From IMG/VR virus record IMGVR_UViG_3300045988_154248: 64,000 nucleotides of DNA; one strand, written 5' to 3'. The stretch is from a virus. Under the pieces are notes generated by a model. That model was not told where the DNA came from and did not search any database. It saw nothing but the letters and a program-made list of their open reading frames with translations. Shown here in pieces: positions 56,506 to 64,000 of this stretch (position 1 is its first letter; each line of letters begins with the position of its first letter). Position numbers and translations under genes: made by a program.

Positions 56506-56698
56506 CTTTTAGTTTCTTCCTTTCAATTTTTCTATAATATGTGGGTATGGATTTTCACCATACATAGCTACTCACACCCTTCTGCCTAATCAGACCCAGT
56601 ATCATCAGCTATTTCACTGTTTCAGATACCGACGGAATTGAACCGTTAGAGCAACCTATCTGTCATTAGCGTCTACATATTCCGCCACCACACATTAT

Positions 56699-56890
56699 TT
56701 ATTTTAATTCATAACATGAACAAAATATTCTTGGTAAATACTCGACAAACCAATCTTCTATAACTTTATCTTTCGCTTTACATATATAGTGGTCTGGTGT
56801 ATACATGTCCTTGGGTGTTACAAACATATTATATTTACAGTATTTACATCGTCGATGTCTTTTTCTATAGTCAATAATTTTCTTTTTCAT
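56699..56890 (-). CDS. small Cys-containing protein
   Basis: 63-aa ORF, CKYC...CKA. Confidence 0.45.
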   Translation of the reverse strand: MKKKIIDYRKRHRRCKYCKYNMFVTPKDMYTPDHYICKAKDKVIEDWFVEYLPRIFCSCYELK

Positions 56891-56899
56891 AACGATATC

Positions 56900-57079
56900 T
56901 CATTCTTTCGTCAGTTTTCTTCCGCACCATGGGCAATAGTTGATATATTTTTTATCATGAAAAAAATCATCATCATAACTATCCCATGTCATCGTTTCGA
57001 TATCCAAATAATATTCATTAGTCAGTGGATCGATAAAAATTCGATTATCATCAGATTCATAGTTACAATATCTGCACAT
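56900..57079 (-). CDS. small zinc-ribbon protein (59 aa)
   Basis: Manual translation: MCRYCNYESDDNRIF...INYCPWCGRKLTKE*. Below the track size cutoff. Confidence 0.5.
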   Translation of the reverse strand: MCRYCNYESDDNRIFIDPLTNEYYLDIETMTWDSYDDDFFHDKKYINYCPWCGRKLTKE

Positions 57080-57094
57080 TACATAATCACTTCC

Positions 57095-57868
57095 TTATAA
57101 TAGTCTAATAATTTGTTCATATAAGCAAATATCTTTGTCATTAATAGCTTTATTAATATGCATATGCCCAAACAAATGTCTTTTATATTTTGTCGTAACT
57201 TTTATATCTTCTAGATAATTTGTAAGGACATCTGGTTCATATAAATTATTACCACTCATAAGATATAATTCTGACGTCGAAGGACTGTGGGTGATAATAA
57301 AATCGACCATATTGTTATTCTCTTTTAATACATTGATTCCATGCTGCATTTCCTCATCAGTTGGCAATTCCTCTTCCCACCAAGATAAATCCTTAACACG
57401 ATACATATATTTACCTTGTTTATCAAGTTTCTTTGCTTTTTCCTGCCAATTAGAATCATTGTAATCAAGAATGCCATCTTGAATATCATGGCTGCTTGCC
57501 CCACCAAAAGCGAAGAACTTTGTTTCATCAATTGTAAATACTTCTCCTCGTATAAGATGTAATACATGGGTTCTTATCTCATGTACTTTGCCACCATGCC
57601 ATTCTTTTATAGGATAAGTTGAAAGTCTTTTGTGATTTTCATGATTCCCATCTACAAATACTGTTGTAAACGGTTTTTTGTTAAGCCAATCTAACCAGTA
57701 CTTTTCTTGTTTACTTTCCTTATCTCTATTCCAAACAAGACCGAAATCTCCAAGAATAATAACTACATTTTCATCTTTGTTATTAAAAAAATCCTTTTGT
57801 TCGTAGAAACTATTTTTACTTAACCTGGTAGGATCTCCATGTATATCACCAGTCACATATACTGCCAT
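57095..57868 (-). CDS. calcineurin-like metallophosphoesterase
   Basis: GDIHGD, GDFGL, GNHEN and GHMH motifs. Confidence 0.8.
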   Translation of the reverse strand: MAVYVTGDIHGDPTRLSKNSFYEQKDFFNNKDENVVIILGDFGLVWNRDKESKQEKYWLDWLNKKPFTTVFVDGNHENHKRLSTYPIKEWHGGKVHEIRTHVLHLIRGEVFTIDETKFFAFGGASSHDIQDGILDYNDSNWQEKAKKLDKQGKYMYRVKDLSWWEEELPTDEEMQHGINVLKENNNMVDFIITHSPSTSELYLMSGNNLYEPDVLTNYLEDIKVTTKYKRHLFGHMHINKAINDKDICLYEQIIRLL

Positions 57869-57905
57869 AGCTCATCAGCCTTCCATCTTTTATCATCCTG
57901 ACAAA

Positions 57906-58364
57906 TTATTCTTTATCTTCTCTTGCTCTCCATGCTTCCAGAACTGTCAATAATCTTTGTCCTTTTTTAGTTAACCAGCATCCACCAATACTACTCCCAT
58001 GTGTTGTAAAATCTTTGTCATCAAGAATATACATCATGAATTGTAACAGACCATATTGAATGTCGTTATTATAATCAAGCAAAAGATCATTTTTGTATCT
58101 ATCAATAACCTCCTGATAATCAATTTTTGATATTACAAATTCGTTTCGTATATTTAGATATCTTCTTATCGTCTCATATGTAAATTCTGGATTTCCACAT
58201 CCGCATAGACCCAATTCTTCGTGCATGTAAAAATCTAGCAGTGGATCGATAAGACTTTCTTCGTACCATTCTTTTCTATATCCCTTTATGACATCGTTGT
58301 TATATGCGATATTAGATTCTGGATAATTGTCTACAATGTATTCCGCTATTTCACTTAACTTCAT
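57906..58364 (-). CDS. hypothetical protein
   Basis: 152-aa ORF. Confidence 0.55.
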   Translation of the reverse strand: MKLSEIAEYIVDNYPESNIAYNNDVIKGYRKEWYEESLIDPLLDFYMHEELGLCGCGNPEFTYETIRRYLNIRNEFVISKIDYQEVIDRYKNDLLLDYNNDIQYGLLQFMMYILDDKDFTTHGSSIGGCWLTKKGQRLLTVLEAWRAREDKE

Positions 58365-58376
58365 ATTTTTATTCTC

Positions 58377-58613
58377 CTACCACGCAATTTTATATTCTGT
58401 TTCGTTATACTGTGTTGAAGATGTAATTTTGTATCCTAGTTCTTTCAGGTAAGCAATTGTGGCTGATGAAATGTTAGTTTCATCAATCCAACAACTGTAC
58501 TCACCCTTACGCATTGCTGACTCGATTTCAGGCATAATAGACGCTAATTCAGCATCTATTTGCTCTTTGTATGCTTTGTTCGAGATATTTCTTGCTTCTT
58601 GTGCTGTAAACAT
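58377..58613 (-). CDS. hypothetical protein
   Basis: 78-aa ORF. Confidence 0.5.
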   Translation of the reverse strand: MFTAQEARNISNKAYKEQIDAELASIMPEIESAMRKGEYSCWIDETNISSATIAYLKELGYKITSSTQYNETEYKIAW

Positions 58614-58621
58614 ATATTCTC

Positions 58622-59119
58622 CTATTTAAATAAATTCTTTAAGTAATATTCAAAGTATCCTCTGATAAATAATCCAGAATATTTATTGTCTGGCATAAAG
58701 AAGATTGGAATATTGTACTTAAACCATATAGAATGCAGCGAAGCCCAAAATGATTTCTTATTATATTGAGTATCATAATTCCCAGATGCAATATCGGCAT
58801 AAGAACCATTTTCAATCAACAGTACTTTATTCTCTGGTGCCAAACATAGTTCCTTCTCAAATCTATCTCTGCCATTTGTCAAATTACCACTAATTTCTTC
58901 CAGACTGCCCTTGCGCTCCACGACAATCTTTTTATCAAAGTATAATGGTCTTGGAATAGAAAGCTTTTCATTCTGTTCGAGCATAAAACTATAATCACCA
59001 TATGCCAGTGCTTTCTTTTTATATTTGATGTCTTTTCTATCGAAATAATCAGTGATGTGAGAGAACGATTTTTCCCTCGTATCGATCAGAATAACGATGG
59101 AGGAGATTAGTTCCTCCAT
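58622..59119 (-). CDS. ERCC4-type (XPF/Mus81-like) nuclease
   Basis: IDTREK...YGDYSF...VVERKGSLEE matches the ERCC4 catalytic signature. Confidence 0.7.
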   Translation of the reverse strand: MEELISSIVILIDTREKSFSHITDYFDRKDIKYKKKALAYGDYSFMLEQNEKLSIPRPLYFDKKIVVERKGSLEEISGNLTNGRDRFEKELCLAPENKVLLIENGSYADIASGNYDTQYNKKSFWASLHSIWFKYNIPIFFMPDNKYSGLFIRGYFEYYLKNLFK

Positions 59120-59144
59120 CTCTTTATCTGTATATTTGTAATTG

Positions 59145-62100
59145 CTAAATATCTTGAACCACCTCCTCTACATTATTTTTTACTGTGAATTTTCCAAGCC
59201 AAAATTCGAATTTATCCGGAACTTCCTTATATATTTTCTTTCCTGTTTTGGGATCGACCTCGCCCGTTGGTTCTTTTTTATTTTTCTTTTCCAGGGAAAT
59301 TATGTATAGAATTGAACCAAGTTCGAATGGATTACGACTATATTGACTTGTCCACATTTTGACTGTTCGTGTTTTACCGCTATAGATTTCAAATAACTTA
59401 ACATTCACAATAGATTTTTTGATGTCTAATTCAGAAACATAATATAAACGTCTATTCACTTCTGGATCTGAACCACTCACAATTCCAATAATTTCCCTCT
59501 GATTGTCAAGTCTTTCTTTTAAAGTTACTTTTTTGTATGGTATTTTAGAAATTAATTCACATAAGACTTTTTCAGAATCAAGTTTATTAAACTGTTTTGC
59601 TGTCTCATTTCCATATTGAGCAAGTATAACAAATGAGATATTATTTTTCTCTGCCTTATCCTTTGAAATTTGTTTTGCACCTTTTAACAAATCATATAAT
59701 TTTGCAGTCTCAAGCAATGTATTCACATCACCATACTTCTTAAAATAATTAATTCTAATAAGTTTATTGACTATAGTTTTATTGATTGAATTTAGAAACA
59801 GCACATCAAGTACATCAGTAAATGTTTTATATTCCGATGTTCCCAATTCATAAAGAGTGTTAACGACTCCTTCACCAAACCCTTTTACACTTGATAAATT
59901 AGGATATATAATCATATTCTTTTCGTTGATTGTAACTTTTCTATTGTCTGCTCCAAATTCATAATCTCCTAGTTTATATCCCCAAAATTTAATTGCTTCT
60001 TTCACAAGAGCATCAATTTTATCTTTTTTATTCTTCTCTTGATAATGATTAATTGCTACTTCATAAAAAATCTTAGTATGATGAGCTTTAAACCATGCTT
60101 GATAAGCAGAATCACCACCCATGCTATAAGCATGAGGAGAGTTGAAGGCGTACAGGCCAGAAGACTCGATTACATTCCAAACATTATTAAAATTATCTGT
60201 TTTACCAATCTCTTTTTCCCAACCTTTAATTAATCGCTCTTGTAATTCTTTTAACATTTCAGGATGCAGCCTATATTTTTTCTTTGAAATATTTTTAATA
60301 ACACCATATGTTTCTGTCATCTTTAATTGTAAGAAGGATAGTACTTTCATAATTGATTCCTGATAAAGCATGAAATGAGCTGTATCAGACAACAAATCAT
60401 CAATCTTTTTTTCTCCAGTTGTATATGGTTCACGATTTAAAAAAGTACTAAGTAGTGAAGCAAAGCCTGGTCGAATTGCTGCAATAAAACTACTTAATTC
60501 TGCAAGGTTCTGCGGTTTATATTTTTTTACTCGATTGGTAGTAGCTTCTTTTTCGCATTGATTTATACAACACGTAATGCCATTTGCATAAATGTCCCAT
60601 GTCTTTTCATCTCCATCAATCATATGTCTCAGTTCTTCAAACGTAGGAACTTCCTTGCCAATACTATGAAAAAATTTATACGTAAGATATACACTATCTA
60701 CAATAAGAAAATCTTCTTTTACATACCCAAATTCATCAAGATAACCACCTTCAATAGCAGCGCATATAGTTCTTTTCCCAGTCGATTCTGAAACAGCACT
60801 AATTAACCCTACTTCTCTTCGAATGTCTCCGTCAAAAATGAAATGTCCACAAGCATGTACTTTTAAATTGATTGTGATTCCCTGATATTCATTGCTTTGT
60901 TTAAATAAGTCTAAATACTCTTCTGGAATATAATCTTCAACATGAATATCTTCTTTTTCGTCATCATCCGCATATTTCAATGCTTTATTATATTCATCCA
61001 GATATTTAGAGATTTGATTTGCATCTTCTGGGCGTACATCATTTGCTCCCGCATATAACTGCCATGCAGCTTTTTCTTTTAATTTTTCTATCGCCATTAA
61101 TGGATAACATCCATGCTCACCGAGTAATTTTCTCGCTGCTCTTACAAAAGGCTCTTGTGTGGCAACGTTCATGTCAATATCAGGCATTTGTCCTGCAAGA
61201 ACACGTTCTTTCGTTAAAAATCGTTCCGGATAAATTGGAATGTCGGCGTTAAAACGGTCTACAGTAGTAAGTCCCAACAGTTTGTTTGTAATAAATGATG
61301 CAGCACTACCTCTTGAGGTAGTAGTTAAAATTCCTCCTTCGTTATTAACTGCATCATCTATAATTGATTTGCTCGTCAAAAAGTAATCGACTACGCCAGC
61401 TTCCATAACCTGTTTTGCTTCATAACGAATGCCATCAGCTTTTTCTTTAGACTTATCCTTTTCTTTTGCATAAGCCCTATTTAAAATATCTTTATAAATT
61501 TTGCATTTTTCTTTATAGGTTTTATCTTTATAAACACTTGGTATTTTAAATTTTCTATCTAAAACAATTACTTCGCATTCTGATACAAAAACATTGGTGT
61601 TCATAATCGCTCTAAATATTTCCTCTTTATTTAGAACTCCCTGTTCTATAAACCTTTTTATAACCGTCTGAGTATCTGGATAATCAAGATACCATCCCTT
61701 TTCGTCTGGATAATTGATGTTCTTATATTTTAGAATCTGATCACGTTTAATAGAATTTTCTTCTTTAACATAATGACTATCAAGGCCACAGATGATCTGA
61801 ATATTATGTTCTTTTGCAATTTTCAATATTCTTTTATTGAGTTCTTTTTGCTTATCGGTATTGTGATATTGAACTTCAAGAAAAAAATTATCTCCAAAAT
61901 ACTTATGGACTTTCAGCCAAACTTCTTCAGCATCTTCATAATTCCACCCTGCTAAACATGCAGATGTAACAATTACGTTGTCTTTTGGGATATTAAATAA
62001 TAGTTCTAAATCAATGCGCGGTTTATAATAATATCCATCAATGTTTGCCATAGATAAAACAAAATTAATATCACGACGCCCCTCTGCATTTTTTGCTGCT

Positions 62101-62471
62101 ATGATCATATGACAATTTGCTCGGTCTTTTTCTTTTCTATCTTTTACCCAGTAAACTTCCGAAGAATGAATATATTTAAGATGTTCTTTTTCAGCAACTT
62201 TATATACTTGAAATTGATTCCCCTGTGATCCATGCTCTCCTGAGTATAAACACTTTGCACCAAATTCATGTATTCTTTCCGCATATGTTTCTATAGATTC
62301 CGCACAGTCCGGTGTTGATGTGTTACTAAAATCTTTGTGACAATGATAGTTCTCTAAATATAAATTCTTTTCATATTCTTCTGGTGAATAAGGGAATTCA
62401 AATGTCAATGTAGGAATAATTTTTTTTATCAACTCAATATTAGAAATTTTAATCCACCTCCGAAAGTACAT
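59145..62471 (-). CDS. dnaE: DNA polymerase III alpha subunit-like replicase (PHP + DnaE core)
   Basis: 1108 aa with a PHP N-terminus (NYHCHKDFS) and a polymerase core with MPDIDMN. The start is uncertain because it overlaps the recJ-like 3' end by 23 nt. Confidence 0.8.
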   Translation of the reverse strand: MYFRRWIKISNIELIKKIIPTLTFEFPYSPEEYEKNLYLENYHCHKDFSNTSTPDCAESIETYAERIHEFGAKCLYSGEHGSQGNQFQVYKVAEKEHLKYIHSSEVYWVKDRKEKDRANCHMIIAAKNAEGRRDINFVLSMANIDGYYYKPRIDLELLFNIPKDNVIVTSACLAGWNYEDAEEVWLKVHKYFGDNFFLEVQYHNTDKQKELNKRILKIAKEHNIQIICGLDSHYVKEENSIKRDQILKYKNINYPDEKGWYLDYPDTQTVIKRFIEQGVLNKEEIFRAIMNTNVFVSECEVIVLDRKFKIPSVYKDKTYKEKCKIYKDILNRAYAKEKDKSKEKADGIRYEAKQVMEAGVVDYFLTSKSIIDDAVNNEGGILTTTSRGSAASFITNKLLGLTTVDRFNADIPIYPERFLTKERVLAGQMPDIDMNVATQEPFVRAARKLLGEHGCYPLMAIEKLKEKAAWQLYAGANDVRPEDANQISKYLDEYNKALKYADDDEKEDIHVEDYIPEEYLDLFKQSNEYQGITINLKVHACGHFIFDGDIRREVGLISAVSESTGKRTICAAIEGGYLDEFGYVKEDFLIVDSVYLTYKFFHSIGKEVPTFEELRHMIDGDEKTWDIYANGITCCINQCEKEATTNRVKKYKPQNLAELSSFIAAIRPGFASLLSTFLNREPYTTGEKKIDDLLSDTAHFMLYQESIMKVLSFLQLKMTETYGVIKNISKKKYRLHPEMLKELQERLIKGWEKEIGKTDNFNNVWNVIESSGLYAFNSPHAYSMGGDSAYQAWFKAHHTKIFYEVAINHYQEKNKKDKIDALVKEAIKFWGYKLGDYEFGADNRKVTINEKNMIIYPNLSSVKGFGEGVVNTLYELGTSEYKTFTDVLDVLFLNSINKTIVNKLIRINYFKKYGDVNTLLETAKLYDLLKGAKQISKDKAEKNNISFVILAQYGNETAKQFNKLDSEKVLCELISKIPYKKVTLKERLDNQREIIGIVSGSDPEVNRRLYYVSELDIKKSIVNVKLFEIYSGKTRTVKMWTSQYSRNPFELGSILYIISLEKKNKKEPTGEVDPKTGKKIYKEVPDKFEFWLGKFTVKNNVEEVVQDI

Positions 62472-63993
62472 CGCATACTGCTTTTAGTACAAATTTTCTA
62501 CCTAAAAATCCACTATCCAGACTACATACGGCTTCGAATTCATCATTCATAGTGCTATGATCCTCCATATCATCAAATGAACCGTCGAAGTTCCATTTGA
62601 TAATCTGCAAGTAATCATTCGGTTTTAGAACTAAATGCTTATAATCACTCATCTGACCAATTTCGTAATCACAAATATTATCCATATAAGCTCTTACTGG
62701 TTTAAAATTTGTGCCAGAAATACGATCAATCTTTTTGATATTCTCTACTAATCGTCTGGTAATATCTTCGACATCAATTTGAATATCAATGTCAATTGTT
62801 GGTTCTTTAAACTCTGGAAGGTTTGTCTCGACATAAGACAAGAAATTGTTAAGATCTGATTTTTTGATTTGAATACCCGATGCAAGTTCATGCCCATCGG
62901 CTTTTGCATAACCACTATCATTGCAGATTTTTCGGAAATCATCAACACCTACGGCTCTCATAGAACCTGTATATTTTGATCCGACATCTTTCAACACTAA
63001 GATCGGCTTTTGATACTTTTCTAGTAGCTTATTTCCTAATAAACCAGCAATACCATATTGTGTATCAATATATACAGTGATTACCTTTTGATCCTTTTGT
63101 TTCTCACATTGTTCATAAACATTCGGTAGTAAACGCTCCACTTCTTGATTTTGTTCTTCCTTACATTTCTTTAATGCTTTTACATAGGCAAGCACTTGTT
63201 TGTTATTATCTTCTAGAAATGCATTCATAGCAGTTTCATTTTCACCCATACGGTTCGCCGCATTTACAATTGGAGCAACACTAAATGCAATTGCCGTACT
63301 GTTGAATTCAAATCCGCCGACAATCTTCTTAACTGCTGGATTATAAATCTTCTCAAGTCCTTTCGATACAATATAACGGTTTTCCATAACTGTCATATCC
63401 ATCATATCTCCAACTAGACCACATGCCGCAAGATCTACCAATTCATCTGCATAATCTGTAAGAAATTGTTTATCCAAATATTTACAAAATTTCCATACAA
63501 CTCCTGCTCCAGATAATTGTGGGTTGCAATAATCTCTTTGAGAAGAAATAAGAATTATATATTTATCATATGGAATTTCCCGTTTAATTGCATGATGATC
63601 TAAAATAAGCACATCGATTCCTGCTTCTGACAATTCTTTATACTGAATTTCGTCTTCGTCTAAACTATCTACAATAATCAATAAATCTAAAGATGCAAAC
63701 TGCTGTAAATTTTGTCCTTTTAATCCATGCTGTTTACCATTATCAATATATGTAAAAATGTCGTCTGTGAAATGTCTCAAATATCGCGTCATAATCGTTC
63801 CTGAAGTGATTCCATCAGTATCTGTATCAAACAAAATACCAATGTTTTCGTTTTCTTCAATTGCCCGATTAATACGTATGTATGCTTCATCAATTCTATA
63901 TAAAGAATCTAGTGGAAGCAAATCTTCTTCTGTTGGATTTAAAAAATGTTCCGCATCTTGAATTCCTCTTTTTTGAAGAATCGTATTAAACAC
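62449..63993 (-). CDS. DHH-family RecJ-like exonuclease
   Basis: DTDTDGITSG (DHH motif I/II), LILDHH, and a DHHA1-like GHELASG. Confidence 0.75.
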   Translation of the reverse strand: MFNTILQKRGIQDAEHFLNPTEEDLLPLDSLYRIDEAYIRINRAIEENENIGILFDTDTDGITSGTIMTRYLRHFTDDIFTYIDNGKQHGLKGQNLQQFASLDLLIIVDSLDEDEIQYKELSEAGIDVLILDHHAIKREIPYDKYIILISSQRDYCNPQLSGAGVVWKFCKYLDKQFLTDYADELVDLAACGLVGDMMDMTVMENRYIVSKGLEKIYNPAVKKIVGGFEFNSTAIAFSVAPIVNAANRMGENETAMNAFLEDNNKQVLAYVKALKKCKEEQNQEVERLLPNVYEQCEKQKDQKVITVYIDTQYGIAGLLGNKLLEKYQKPILVLKDVGSKYTGSMRAVGVDDFRKICNDSGYAKADGHELASGIQIKKSDLNNFLSYVETNLPEFKEPTIDIDIQIDVEDITRRLVENIKKIDRISGTNFKPVRAYMDNICDYEIGQMSDYKHLVLKPNDYLQIIKWNFDGSFDDMEDHSTMNDEFEAVCSLDSGFLGRKFVLKAVCDVLSEVD

Positions 63994-64000
63994 TTCATCC

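Noticed and set aside
56590-56660. The minus strand contains ggttcaattccgtc, resembling a tRNA T-arm.
   Set aside because: No acceptor stem, D-arm or anticodon arm could be built around it, and the T stem has only 4 pairs.

Overview
Low-GC tailed-phage or prophage segment of Firmicutes/Clostridia type. On the + strand, 2.3-29.9 kb holds a late tail and lysis module: tape measure, Dit, a 1938-aa Tal/fibre protein, further fibre proteins, a holin-like protein and a multidomain endolysin. A 4-gene Tn7-like transposition operon (tnsA-tnsB-tnsC-tniQ) lies on the minus strand at 30.1-34.9 kb. From 35.6 to 64 kb there is a long minus-strand early, replication and nucleotide-metabolism module: dUTPase, NrdDG, nucleotidase, kinase, ThyX-like protein, LigA, two DNA methyltransferases, a PAPS-reductase-like protein, an ERCC4 nuclease, DnaE and a RecJ-like protein. 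Three features stand out. (1) 18181-23607 is a shufflon-like multiple-inversion locus. It has 13 copies of the core AAATAGTAA (2 forward, 11 inverted), an internal tyrosine recombinase, and 12 start-less C-terminal cassettes. Each cassette can be fused in frame, through Asn-Ser-Lys/Asn codons in the site, to a 73-codon constant N-terminus of a tail-fibre tip protein. (2) The tape measure gene is split by a 1430-nt group I intron (8221-9650). P1, P10, P4, P7, P8 and J8/7 can be read directly and splicing restores the frame. (3) The P8 loop of that intron carries a complete type III toxin-antitoxin module instead of a homing endonuclease: 2.9 tandem 34-nt ToxI/antiQ-like repeats, a terminator and a ToxN/AbiQ-family toxin. 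Secondary observations are an antisense cassette of two trypsin-like proteases and a zinc-ribbon protein abutting a start-less 5' extension of the tape measure ORF, an ORF-free structured segment next to the transposon right end, two HPr-fold paralogues, and an in-frame TGA at a conserved Cys codon. All calls come from reading the sequence and the ORF track. No database searches were run.
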